Shown piece after piece: positions 12,018 through 20,714 of a DNA stretch of 64,000 nt. Below the pieces are notes generated by a model. The model did not search any database. It was given only the letters and a program-made list of their open reading frames with translations, and was not told the origin of the DNA. Made by a program: the position numbers and the translations under genes. The stretch is from the NCBI GenBank assembly GCA_963816395.1, contig CAWFKQ010000010.1, positions 28,953 to 92,952 on the forward strand. Direction: 5' to 3'. The DNA comes from an uncultured delta proteobacterium. GTDB taxonomy: Bacteria; Desulfobacterota; Desulfuromonadia; Desulfuromonadales; JACZKF01. Every line of letters starts with the position of its first letter. The stretch's first letter is position 1.

Positions 12018-12875
12018 ATGACAAGTGCGCAGCTTTTCAATATCACAACTATCGGCTATTTCGCCGCGATGGTCATGTTTATTGCCTATCTCGCCACCCG
12101 CAGCAAAGGGGTGGCCCTGACCGCTAACCTGCTGGCCTATATCGGTTTCGCACTGCATACCGCGGCTATCGGCGTGCGCTGGTATGAATCCTACCACCTG
12201 CCCGGGAGCATCGGTCATGCTCCTTTATCGAATTTGTACGAATCGGTGGTCTTCTTCGCCTGGACCATCCTGCTCATCTACATTCTGATTGACTTTAAGT
12301 ACCGCCAACGTTCCATGGGGGCCTTCGTCATTCCCTTCGCTTTTCTCGGCATGACCTGGGCGCAGTGGCGGCTTGACAAAACCATCGAGCCGCTGGTGCC
12401 TGCCCTCCAGAGCAATTGGCTGACCTACCACGTCATTACCTGTTTTCTTGGCTATGCGGCCTTTGCCGTCGCCTGCGGCGTTTCCATCATGTACCTGATC
12501 AAGGTTGGCAAGCAGGAGAAGAACGCCTCCGGATCCCCCGCTGGCGGCCTTCTGGCCATCTTTCCCCACGCCAGGGTCCTTGAGGATATCAATTACAAGG
12601 CGATCATGATCGGCTTTCCCCTCCTCTCCCTGGGGATCATCACCGGCGCGGCCTGGGCCAATTACGCCTGGGGGACCTACTGGAGCTGGGACCCGAAGGA
12701 GACCTGGAGCCTTATCGTCTGGTTCATCTATGCCGCTTTCCTCCACGCCCGCTTCACCCGCGGCTGGGCCGGGAAAAAAGCAGCATGGCTGTCGATCTTC
12801 GGTTTTGCCGCAACGATCTTCTGCTACCTGGGGGTGAATCTGGTGCTCTCCGGTCTGCATTCCTACGGCGGTTAG
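12018..12875 (+). CDS. ccsA: Cytochrome c-type biogenesis protein CcsA/ResC (system II haem-handling subunit)
   Basis: Polytopic membrane protein with the WWD motif [13 protein letters not shown] and conserved His residues. Confidence 0.9.
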   Translation: MTSAQLFNITTIGYFAAMVMFIAYLATRSKGVALTANLLAYIGFALHTAAIGVRWYESYHLPGSIGHAPLSNLYESVVFFAWTILLIYILIDFKYRQRSMGAFVIPFAFLGMTWAQWRLDKTIEPLVPALQSNWLTYHVITCFLGYAAFAVACGVSIMYLIKVGKQEKNASGSPAGGLLAIFPHARVLEDINYKAIMIGFPLLSLGIITGAAWANYAWGTYWSWDPKETWSLIVWFIYAAFLHARFTRGWAGKKAAWLSIFGFAATIFCYLGVNLVLSGLHSYGG

Positions 12876-12917
12876 TATCCGGTCAGCCTTCGGCGGCCCA
12901 AGGAAGAAATTATCCCG

Positions 12918-12949
12918 GGTGCCTTTCCAGAGTGAAAGGCACCTTTTTT
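12918..12949 (+). terminator. Rho-independent terminator after ccsA
   Basis: ggtgccttt-ccagagtg-aaaggcacc (9-bp perfect stem) followed by tttttt. Confidence 0.8.
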
Positions 12950-13004
12950 ATCAGCAAACTCCCGCGCCAGAACATCTTTGGTGGCCATTGTCCAGCGGCC
13001 GTTT

Positions 13005-13754
13005 ATGCCTGAAAGATTGCAACTTCCCGATGAAACCCTCGACGATCTCTTCCAGGGGGAATTGAAAATTTTCCAGGGGCGGAACGGTTATCGGTTCTCC
13101 CTCGACCCGCTTCTTCTCTGCAGTTTTGCCCGTATGAAGGCGCGGGACCAGGCAGCGGACCTCGGTACCGGATCAGGGATAATCCCTCTGCTGTTGGCCA
13201 GGCGGACGACGGTCGGGCGGGTTGTCGGGGTGGAGATCCAGCCTGGACTGGCCAGCCGGGCGCGGCGCAGCGTGCAGTTGAATGGGCTGGAAGAAAAAAT
13301 CGAGATTATCTGTGGGGACCTGCGGCGAATGTCAGAGATGCTGCCGCCCCAGGCCTTCGACGTCGTGCTGGCGAATCCGCCTTACCGCGAGCCGGGGACC
13401 GGCCGCCAGGCGGCGGGGGCGGAGCGGGCGGCTGCCCGGCACGCTCTGGCCGGCGGTCTCAACGATTTCCTGCAGGCCGCTTTTTTTCTGCTGCCGGACG
13501 GCGGTCGTTTTTACCTGATTTCTCTGGCCGAACGCCTGCCCGAGGTGCTGGCGGCCATGCACCAGGAGCGGTTGGAGCCTAAGCGGCTGCGCTGCGTCCA
13601 TTCGCGCCTCGGGGAGGGAGCCCGCCTGGCTCTGCTGGAAGGGCGCAAGCGGGGGCGGCCCGGGCTGGTGGTCGAGCCGCCGCTTTATATTTACGAAGGA
13701 GAAAATTACTCGGCCGAGGTGCGGGGGATCTATGAGGAGGTAAACCAGGGGTAG
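13005..13754 (+). CDS. SAM-dependent N6-adenine methyltransferase, tRNA1(Val) m6A37 methyltransferase (YfiC/TrmN6)-like
   Basis: DLGTGSGIIPL SAM-binding loop and the VLANPPY catalytic motif. ATG at 13005; the track start is a TTG at 12978. Confidence 0.7.
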   Translation: MPERLQLPDETLDDLFQGELKIFQGRNGYRFSLDPLLLCSFARMKARDQAADLGTGSGIIPLLLARRTTVGRVVGVEIQPGLASRARRSVQLNGLEEKIEIICGDLRRMSEMLPPQAFDVVLANPPYREPGTGRQAAGAERAAARHALAGGLNDFLQAAFFLLPDGGRFYLISLAERLPEVLAAMHQERLEPKRLRCVHSRLGEGARLALLEGRKRGRPGLVVEPPLYIYEGENYSAEVRGIYEEVNQG

Positions 13755-13756
13755 AA

Positions 13757-14257
13757 TCAGCCCTGGCGGACCTTGTTCAGGCACTTCTGGCGAAGCAGAA
13801 GGCGCTGCAGGCTGCCGCGCAGTTCGGCATCGCCGACCGCGGCGGTGGCCCTCTCGACCATTGTCTGCTCCTCGTCAGTCAGTGAGGCGGTTCGCCAGTT
13901 AGGGTAACTGCGGTTTTGCTGATCGGCCCGGGCATCCGGTCCCAGCCGCCCCCGGCGCCAGAAGATGTCGCGGAATACCGTCCTGCCAAGCCTCTCGTTG
14001 AGCTGGGCCAGAATCTGCGGTTTAAGCAATTGCAGTTGCTGCATCCAGACCGCATGTTCCACCCGCACCTCCAGTACTCCCTCACGGATGCGTACCGGTC
14101 GGGCGCGGGCGGCGATCTGCGGACCCACTGCCGCCTCCCAGACCTGCCAGGCCCGATATTCCTCCATTTTCCCGGCGAGACCCTGCTGGCGCAGCAAGGC
14201 CAGGATCAGATCGCCGACAACGGCGGCTTCCTTCAGAGGTGGCCGCCTGCTGTTCAC
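13757..14257 (-). CDS. dciA: DUF721 / DciA-family protein
   Basis: 166 aa. The pattern WxxxVGxxIAxxxxPxxxxxGxLxVxVxxxxWxxxL (WEAAVGPQIAARARPVRIREGVLEVRVEHAVWMQQL) is typical of DUF721. Confidence 0.7.
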   Translation of the reverse strand: MNSRRPPLKEAAVVGDLILALLRQQGLAGKMEEYRAWQVWEAAVGPQIAARARPVRIREGVLEVRVEHAVWMQQLQLLKPQILAQLNERLGRTVFRDIFWRRGRLGPDARADQQNRSYPNWRTASLTDEEQTMVERATAAVGDAELRGSLQRLLLRQKCLNKVRQG

Positions 14258-14511
14258 CGCGATCTCCGGCGTCTGAGGCGGCCGCCCAGGATTTGTCCAA
14301 AAACGGCCGCGGCGATGGTGAACGGGACAACCTTCCAGGTGAAGCCGTATCCCAGGCGGGCGGCCAGGATAAAAGGTATGGAGAGGTGGATGTAGAGAAA
14401 CCAGCGGAAGGAGTAACGGCTCGAGGATTCACGCAGGTATCCGAGGGGCAGATTTACCAGAAAAGCCAGGAAAAAGAGATTTGCGAGATTTAAGCTCTGA
14501 TGCAGGGTCAA
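14254..14511 (-). CDS. Small hypothetical membrane protein
   Basis: 85-aa ORF with 2-3 hydrophobic segments and a basic C-terminus. Its stop overlaps the dciA start by 4 nt, suggesting translational coupling. I did not recognise a family. Confidence 0.45.
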   Translation of the reverse strand: MTLHQSLNLANLFFLAFLVNLPLGYLRESSSRYSFRWFLYIHLSIPFILAARLGYGFTWKVVPFTIAAAVFGQILGGRLRRRRSR

Positions 14512-14638
14512 GGGTGGGTCCTTTCTGGAGCGGAGGCAGTAGCGGCAGTTTACTTTTCCTCTCTCCCGGTTGTCAACCTCGCTTGCCTGCCGCGGCGAGT
14601 CATGGCATCATCAAATGCAGTATGCGGAGAGGATATAG

Positions 14639-14899
14639 ATGACTGGCATGGTAAGGGAAAACGATCTGGTGGCGATCTTCCATTCCATCCACCGGGTAAT
14701 GAAAGCCGAAAAGATACTCAAAAAAGCCGGTGCTGATTTTCTGCTTATTCCAGTCCCCAGGCAGTTGAGCTCTGATTGCGGTTTGGCCATCCGTTACCCG
14801 CCGGCGGAGCGGGCGCGGATCGAGGCCATTCTGCGCGAGGAGAAGCTGTCTCCTGCCGAACTTTTTTGCCGGGAGGGAAAGGGGTATCAGCGGCTTTAG
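14639..14899 (+). CDS. DUF3343 (putative Se/S carrier-like) small protein
   Basis: 86 aa. AIFHSIHRVMKAEKILKKAG...LIPVPRQLSSDCGLAI matches the DUF3343 pattern with its conserved Cys. Confidence 0.7.
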   Translation: MTGMVRENDLVAIFHSIHRVMKAEKILKKAGADFLLIPVPRQLSSDCGLAIRYPPAERARIEAILREEKLSPAELFCREGKGYQRL

Positions 14900-14922
14900 C
14901 CCGCGATTTCCCGGGAATTTTC

Positions 14923-14951
14923 TTGACAAAGAAAATGCCCTTAACTATAGT
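14923..14951 (+). promoter_or_regulatory. Consensus sigma70-type promoter upstream of ffh
   Basis: TTGACA (14923-14928), 17-nt spacer, TATAGT (14946-14951), 42 nt before the ffh ATG. Same hexamers and flanks (tcTTGACAA...TATAGTnCC) as the mraZ promoter. Confidence 0.6.
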
Positions 14952-14992
14952 CCCTATTTTGCAACGTTTACCGACGATGCTTCGGAAAAAGC

Positions 14993-16342
14993 ATGTTTGA
15001 TAATCTGACGGAAAAGTTCGATTCGGTCTTTAAAAAGCTGCGCGGCCAGGGCCGTCTGTCGGAGGAGAATATCCAGGATGCCCTGCGCGAAGTGCGGCTG
15101 GTCTTGCTCGAGGCCGACGTCAACTTCCGGGTCGTCAAGGATTTCATCGCCGCCGTGCGTGAACGGGCGGTAGGGCAGGAGGTGCTGAAAAGCCTCACGC
15201 CCGGCCAGCAGGTGATCAAGGTTGTGCGGGAAGAACTGGGCCGTCTGATGGGCGAGGGGGAAGACAACCGCCTCGATCTTGCCGCCCGGCCGCCGGTACC
15301 GGTGATGCTGTGCGGCTTGCAGGGCGCTGGTAAAACGACCACCTGCGGCAAGCTGGCCCGCCATCTGCGCCGGGAAAAGCGCAATCCGCTGCTCGTGCCG
15401 GCCGACATCTACCGGCCGGCGGCCATCGAGCAGTTGAAGACGGTGGGCCGGCAGCTGGACATCGCCGTTTTCGACACCCCGCCCGGTCAGGATCCCGTCC
15501 AGATCTGTCTTGATGCGCGCCGGTACGCCGAACTCAACGGCTTCGATACGCTGATCCTCGATACCGCCGGGCGCCTGCATATTGACCAGACGCTGATGGG
15601 GGAACTGGTCCGCATCAAAGCGGCCCTGGCCCCGCGGGAGATCCTGCTGGTGGCCGACGCCATGACCGGGCAAGATGCGGTCAATGTGGCGCAGAGCTTC
15701 AATGAGCAACTGGCGCTGACCGGAGTGATTCTCACCAAGCTGGACGGCGACGCCCGCGGCGGCGCCGCTCTTTCCATCCGGGCGGTTACCGGCCGGCCGA
15801 TTAAGCTGGTGGGTCTGGGTGAGAAGCTCGATGCTTTGGAGATCTTCCATGCCGACCGGATGGCCCAGCGCATCCTCGGCATGGGCGATGTCCTCACCCT
15901 GATCGAGAAGGCGCAGGGCGCCATCGACCGGGACCAGGCAGCGGCGATGGAGAAGCGGCTCCGCCAGGAAGGCTTCACCCTGGAGAACTTCCGCGATCAG
16001 CTGCAGACGGTGAAGAAGATGGGCTCCATGGAGTCGCTGCTGAAGCTGATTCCTGGGGCCGGCAAGGCGCTAAAGCAGGCCCAGGGAATGGAGTTGCCGG
16101 ATAAGGAGCTGAAAAAGATCGAGGCGATCATCAATTCGATGACGCCCCAGGAACGGCGCAACGCCAAAATCCTCAACGGTTCGCGGCGGCTGCGCATCGC
16201 TCGCGGCAGCGGCACCACGGTGCAGGACATCAATCAATTGCTCAAGCGCTTCACCGAGGCGCAGAAGATGATGAAAAAAATGCAGCAGCTCGGCCCCAAG
16301 GGGCTCAAGGGGATGCTGCGCGGCGGCGGTTTCCCGTTCTGA
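14993..16342 (+). CDS. ffh: Signal recognition particle protein Ffh
   Basis: [16 protein letters not shown]-loop, DTAGR motif and a Met-rich M domain. Confidence 0.96.
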   Translation: MFDNLTEKFDSVFKKLRGQGRLSEENIQDALREVRLVLLEADVNFRVVKDFIAAVRERAVGQEVLKSLTPGQQVIKVVREELGRLMGEGEDNRLDLAARPPVPVMLCGLQGAGKTTTCGKLARHLRREKRNPLLVPADIYRPAAIEQLKTVGRQLDIAVFDTPPGQDPVQICLDARRYAELNGFDTLILDTAGRLHIDQTLMGELVRIKAALAPREILLVADAMTGQDAVNVAQSFNEQLALTGVILTKLDGDARGGAALSIRAVTGRPIKLVGLGEKLDALEIFHADRMAQRILGMGDVLTLIEKAQGAIDRDQAAAMEKRLRQEGFTLENFRDQLQTVKKMGSMESLLKLIPGAGKALKQAQGMELPDKELKKIEAIINSMTPQERRNAKILNGSRRLRIARGSGTTVQDINQLLKRFTEAQKMMKKMQQLGPKGLKGMLRGGGFPF

Positions 16343-16430
16343 TTCCGCCAGAGATCAAATACAGCCCGTCGAAACCGATATAGCGACAAACAGGACGGGC
16401 ACCGTCCCGAGACTCAGGAGGAAACAACAG

Positions 16431-16700
16431 ATGGCAGTAAAAATCAGGCTGGCGCGTGGCGGCGCCAAGAAGAAGCCTTTCTACCAGGTCGTGGTCGCCG
16501 ATGAGCGTTATCCGCGCGATGGCCGGTTTATCGAGAAACTGGGGCAGTATGATCCGAAGCAGGATCCCCCGATGATCAACCTGCAGGAAGACAAGGCCCT
16601 CGAATGGCTGCAGAAAGGGGCACAGCCCACCGAAACGGTTCTGCAGCTGCTGCGTAAAAAGGGAGTCTGGGCAAGGTTCAAGCAGCCCCAGAAGGCGTAA
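16431..16700 (+). CDS. rpsP: 30S ribosomal protein S16
   Basis: [24 protein letters not shown]... Confidence 0.96.
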   Translation: MAVKIRLARGGAKKKPFYQVVVADERYPRDGRFIEKLGQYDPKQDPPMINLQEDKALEWLQKGAQPTETVLQLLRKKGVWARFKQPQKA

Positions 16701-16750
16701 CAGACTCGCTGCCGGGGAAGGGGCTGTCTGCCTTCGGAAGGACGGAACCC

Positions 16751-16984
16751 ATGAAAGAACTGATTGAATTCATTGCCAGGTCACTGGTCGAGAAGCCGGA
16801 CGCGGTGGTCGCCTCGGAAGAGCTGGTCGAGGACGGCAGTACCCTGGTCAAGCTTGTCGCGGCGCAGGAGGACATGGGACGGATTATCGGCAAACAGGGG
16901 CGGACGGCCAAAGCTATGCGGACCCTGCTCAACGCCAAGGCCACCCGTGAGAATAAGCGCGCCAGCCTCCAGATAATGGAGTGA
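16751..16984 (+). CDS. KH-domain RNA-binding protein (YlqC family)
   Basis: 77 aa with the GRIIGKQGRTAKAMRTLL KH motif, in the conserved position between rpsP and rimM. Confidence 0.85.
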   Translation: MKELIEFIARSLVEKPDAVVASEELVEDGSTLVKLVAAQEDMGRIIGKQGRTAKAMRTLLNAKATRENKRASLQIME

Positions 16985-17511
16985 TGACGAACCGACCAGA
17001 CGAGCTTTTCCTCCTGGGCGTGGTTACCGGGACCCATGGTTTGCGCGGCGACCTGAAGATCCGCCCTCTCTCCGAAAACTCGGACGCCCTCCAATCGGCA
17101 GGGGAGATATTCCTCCGGCGCGGCGACGAGGTCGTCCGTTATCTTCCGGCCCGGGTGAGCATCCACAAGGGGAATTTTCTGCTGCGTCTGCAGGGCCTGA
17201 CCCACATCGACGCCGTGCAGCCCCTGGTTGGCTGCGAAGTGCTGATGCATTTCGGCGACCTGGCGCCGCCGGGAGAAGATGAATTCTATTGGTTCGAACT
17301 GGAAGGCTTGAAGGTAGTGGACCGGAACCGGGGCGAACTCGGGACTCTGGAAGAGCTCTTCACCACCGCGGCGCACGATATTTACGTCGTGCGCGGCCGC
17401 TTCGGAGAGGTTCTTATCCCGGCGGTCGATGAATTTATCGTCGAGGTCGATCGACCGGGCGGTCGCCTGCTGGTCGACCTGCCGGAAGGCCTGGTTCCGG
17501 ATGGTCTTTGA
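16984..17511 (+). CDS. rimM: 16S rRNA processing protein RimM
   Basis: LGVVTGTHGLRGDLKI and a PRC-barrel C-terminus. The ATG overlaps the upstream TGA (GTG 16981 is an alternative start). Confidence 0.9.
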   Translation: MTNRPDELFLLGVVTGTHGLRGDLKIRPLSENSDALQSAGEIFLRRGDEVVRYLPARVSIHKGNFLLRLQGLTHIDAVQPLVGCEVLMHFGDLAPPGEDEFYWFELEGLKVVDRNRGELGTLEELFTTAAHDIYVVRGRFGEVLIPAVDEFIVEVDRPGGRLLVDLPEGLVPDGL

Positions 17512-18238
17512 TATAATAACCCTGTTCCCCGCCATGTTCGCTTCGCCCTTCGCCGAGAGCATCATGGGCAAGGCGGTTCAACGGGGACTGATCCGCATCG
17601 GGGTGCACAACTTGCGCGACTGGGCGGAAGGGCGACACCAGGTAACCGATGACGCACCTTACGGTGGCGGCGATGGAATGGTGATGAAGCCGGAGCCGGT
17701 TGCCCGCGCTTTGGCGGCACTGAAGGAACAGTCGACCGCGGCCAAAGTGCTGCTGATGAGCCCCCAGGGAACCCCCTTCCGCCAGCAGCACGCGCGCTCC
17801 CTTGCCGGGGAAAAAGGACTGATCTTCGTCTGCGGCCGTTATGAGGGGTTCGATGAGCGGATCCGGACTCTGGTTGATGCGGAATATTCCCTGGGCGATT
17901 TCGTCCTGACCGGAGGCGAGCTGGCGGCCATGGTCATGATCGATGCGGTCGCCCGGCTGCTGCCGGGTGTTCTGGGGAACAGCGGCAGCGCGGGAACCGA
18001 TTCTTTCGCCGATGGACTGCTGGAGTACCCCCATTATACCCGGCCGGTTGAATTCGCCGGTATGCGGGTACCGGAGGTCCTGCTCTCCGGCAACCATGCC
18101 GAGATCGCCCGCTGGCGCCGACGCCAGCAACTGCAGCGGACGCTGCGCCGCCGCCCGGACCTGCTGAACCAGGTGTCCCTGTCCGTCGAGGACAGACGCC
18201 TTCTCGAAGAATTGCAGCGGGAAGAGGTGCAGGAATGA
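17501..18238 (+). CDS. trmD: tRNA (guanine37-N1)-methyltransferase
   Basis: MVFDIITLFPAMF..., DDAPYGGGDGMVM, GRYEGFDERI. ATG at 17501 lies inside track ORF 17429..18238. Confidence 0.95.
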   Translation: MVFDIITLFPAMFASPFAESIMGKAVQRGLIRIGVHNLRDWAEGRHQVTDDAPYGGGDGMVMKPEPVARALAALKEQSTAAKVLLMSPQGTPFRQQHARSLAGEKGLIFVCGRYEGFDERIRTLVDAEYSLGDFVLTGGELAAMVMIDAVARLLPGVLGNSGSAGTDSFADGLLEYPHYTRPVEFAGMRVPEVLLSGNHAEIARWRRRQQLQRTLRRRPDLLNQVSLSVEDRRLLEELQREEVQE

Positions 18239-18801
18239 GGCAACGCCGGCCCCTGGCGGTCGGTTTGGTGCACCACCCGGTGGTCGACCGGCGCGGCGAC
18301 GAAGTGGTTGCGGCGGTGACCAACCTCGATTTGCATGACATCGCCCGTACCGCTCGGACCTACGGAGTCGACCGGTTTTATGTCGTTACCCCGGCGGCCG
18401 GGCAGCAGGATCTGGTGGCCAGTTTGCTGGCGCACTGGCGGACCGGCTTCGGCGCCAGCTACAATCCGCATCGCGGCGAGGCTCTGGCCCTGGTAAAGGT
18501 TGCCTCCACCCTGGACGAGGCCCTCGAAGACTGGGGGGCGGCCATCGGCGGCAGACCCTGGCCGGTGCTGACTGGGGCAGGGCGCCATGAAAATATGAGT
18601 TTCGCCGACTGTCGCGCGCTTCTGCGTAAGGAACCGCTGTTCCTGGTGTTCGGCACCGGTTGGGGGCTGGCCCCGACGCTTTTTGCCCGGGGCTGGGCGG
18701 TTCTGGCGCCGGTGGATGGGGCCGACGGTTACAACCACCTGCCGGTACGGGCGGCGGCGGCGATCATCCTTGACCGTCTGCTCGGCGGGAATCAGGAATA
18801 G
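18235..18801 (+). CDS. Putative SAM-dependent RNA methyltransferase (SPOUT-like, PF09936-type)
   Basis: 188 aa between trmD and rplS. LVHHPVVDRRGDEVVAAVTNLDLHDIARTARTYGV and LVFGTGWGL resemble the Methyltrn_RNA_4 family (from memory, not searched). The last 5 codons plus the stop belong to a shared heptamer word. Confidence 0.55.
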   Translation: MRQRRPLAVGLVHHPVVDRRGDEVVAAVTNLDLHDIARTARTYGVDRFYVVTPAAGQQDLVASLLAHWRTGFGASYNPHRGEALALVKVASTLDEALEDWGAAIGGRPWPVLTGAGRHENMSFADCRALLRKEPLFLVFGTGWGLAPTLFARGWAVLAPVDGADGYNHLPVRAAAAIILDRLLGGNQE

Positions 18802-18890
18802 GATGAATGAAATTACCGGCAGCTGGCCGGGAACCTTCGGGTAGAGATTTATTTCAGAAACCAGAATGGATCGGTATAGAGGAGGAAGGA

Positions 18891-19238
18891 ATGAACGTCA
18901 TCGATCGCCTCGAAATGGCACAGATGAAAAAGAACATCCCGCAATTCAAGGCGGGAGACACCCTGCGGGTGCATGTGAAGATCGTCGAGGGCGACAAACA
19001 GCGCATCCAGATTTTTCAGGGCGTCTGCATCAAGCGCAAGAACAACGGCATCGGCTCGACTTTCATCGTCCGCAAGATCTCGGATGGAATCGGAGTGGAG
19101 AGGGTTTTCCCGCTGCATTCGCCAACCATCGAAAAGGTCGAGGTGGTGATGGTCGGCCAGGTCCGCCGGGCTAAGCTCTACTACCTGCGCAAATTGCAGG
19201 GAAAGGCGGCCCGTATCCGCGAAAAGCGGCTGGCCTGA
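18891..19238 (+). CDS. rplS: 50S ribosomal protein L19
   Basis: [34 protein letters not shown]... ATG at 18891 follows GGAGGAAGGA. Confidence 0.96.
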   Translation: MNVIDRLEMAQMKKNIPQFKAGDTLRVHVKIVEGDKQRIQIFQGVCIKRKNNGIGSTFIVRKISDGIGVERVFPLHSPTIEKVEVVMVGQVRRAKLYYLRKLQGKAARIREKRLA

Positions 19239-19249
19239 GCAGGAAAATG

Positions 19250-19277
19250 AAAGGCCCTGGCGCAGCCGGGGCCTTTT
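19250..19277. terminator. Bidirectional intrinsic terminator between rplS and the convergent small ORF
   Basis: aaaggccc-tggcgcagccg-gggccttt: 8-bp stem with an A run on one side and a T run on the other. Confidence 0.7.
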
Positions 19278-19308
19278 CTACATCGTTGGGGTGCCGGAGG
19301 TAATCGGA

Positions 19309-19497
19309 TCAGTGGTGCATCACCTGCGCGGTAACAGCAGGAGGGCTGGTCAGGACCGAGACGATGAAGACGGTTATGATGCCGTAGACCACCACCGAGC
19401 CCCAGCCGCCCAGGGCCAGGACCTCGCGCAGTTCCTTCCAGTCGATCAGGAAAACAAAATAGCCGAGCACGGCCAGTGCGACGAAGACGCCTGCCAT
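19309..19497 (-). CDS. Small hypothetical membrane protein (possibly an N-terminal remnant of a larger membrane protein)
   Basis: 62 aa with two hydrophobic helices (MAGVFVALAVLGYFVFLIDWKELREVLALGGWGSVVVYGIITVFIVSVL). I could not assign a family. Confidence 0.35.
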   Translation of the reverse strand: MAGVFVALAVLGYFVFLIDWKELREVLALGGWGSVVVYGIITVFIVSVLTSPPAVTAQVMHH

Positions 19498-19606
19498 AGG
19501 TTTTTCCTCTCCTTTCCATAAAATTCATGCGAAACTGTGTCCCGCTATGTTATATCATGACGAGGCATAAATCCAGTCTAATTTCATTTTGACCGGAGGG
19601 CAGGGC

Positions 19607-20245
19607 GTGACCCTGGATCTGTTTCAAATGCCGGAAGTCTCTCCCCTGCATTTCGAGGAGCAGGCGAAGAAAAGAGGATTTCGCGCCATCGCCGGCATAG
19701 ATGAGGCAGGGCGCGGGCCCTTGGCCGGCCCAGTGGTGGCAGCGGCGGTAATGCTGCCGGTTACCTTCGAGCTGCCGGGGTTGACCGATTCCAAACAGCT
19801 GTCCGCCGGCGACCGGGAACGTTTATTCCGGCTGATCCGCACGCAGGCGGTGGCGGTCGGGGTGGGAGTCGTCCCGGCGCTCGAGATCGATGCCCGGAAC
19901 ATTCTGCAGGCGACCTTGCTCGGCATGGTGCTGGCGGTGCAGCGGCTGAAGCAGCCACCCGATTTTCTTCTGGTCGATGGCAACCAGCCGGTGCCGCTGC
20001 CTCTGCACCAGAAGCCCCTGGTCAAAGGGGATGCACGCTCCCTCTCGGTCGCCGCCGCCTCCGTGGTGGCCAAAGTGGTTCGCGACCGCATGATGGCCGG
20101 TTACGACCGGTATTTTCCAGGTTACGGATTTGCCGCCCACAAGGGCTATGGCAGCGCCGCTCACCTGGAGGCGCTCCGCCGTCTCGGCCCATGCCCTCTG
20201 CATCGTCGCACTTTCGGCGGGGTGCGGGAGTTGCTGACGAAATGA
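19607..20245 (+). CDS. rnhB: Ribonuclease HII
   Basis: IAGIDEAGRGPLAGPVVAAAV and DSKQL motifs. GTG at 19607 follows GGAGGG; TTG 19589 and ATG 19628 are alternative starts. Confidence 0.9.
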   Translation: MTLDLFQMPEVSPLHFEEQAKKRGFRAIAGIDEAGRGPLAGPVVAAAVMLPVTFELPGLTDSKQLSAGDRERLFRLIRTQAVAVGVGVVPALEIDARNILQATLLGMVLAVQRLKQPPDFLLVDGNQPVPLPLHQKPLVKGDARSLSVAAASVVAKVVRDRMMAGYDRYFPGYGFAAHKGYGSAAHLEALRRLGPCPLHRRTFGGVRELLTK

Positions 20246-20604
20246 CCGAGGAGCGACTATCCCTTGGCCGCTGGGGGGAGGAACAGGCGGTCATCTTCCT
20301 GCGCCGCCTGGGGATGAAGATCGTTGAACGCAATTTCCGGGCGCCGGTGGGAGAAATCGATATCATCGCCCGACAGGGCCGCACCCTGGTTTTCATCGAG
20401 GTCAAGACGCGCCGTAGCAATGCGTTCGGCACCCCGCAGGAAGCGGTCGGGCCGACCAAGCAGCGGCAGATCTTGCGCACCGCCCAGTGGTACCTGGGCA
20501 ATGGGCAGGGGCGAAGGCTCCAGCCGCGCTTCGACGTGATCGCCGTTCGCCCCGGGGAGAAGGGGGCCGAAATAGAACATATTCCGAATGCCTTCGGCCT
20601 CTGA
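20242..20604 (+). CDS. yraN: YraN family endonuclease (UPF0102)
   Basis: GEIDIIARQGRTLVFIEVKTR and RFDVIAV motifs. ATGA overlap with the rnhB stop. Confidence 0.88.
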   Translation: MTEERLSLGRWGEEQAVIFLRRLGMKIVERNFRAPVGEIDIIARQGRTLVFIEVKTRRSNAFGTPQEAVGPTKQRQILRTAQWYLGNGQGRRLQPRFDVIAVRPGEKGAEIEHIPNAFGL

Positions 20605-20714
20605 TCTGCCCCCGGGAGTCCGCAGGAGCAGATGGAACCTCGGATCCTCTGCCCTGAACGTTGAAACTGAATCCCGGACTCGGGACCGGAATTTTCCTTT
20701 AAAAGGGAGCGAGC

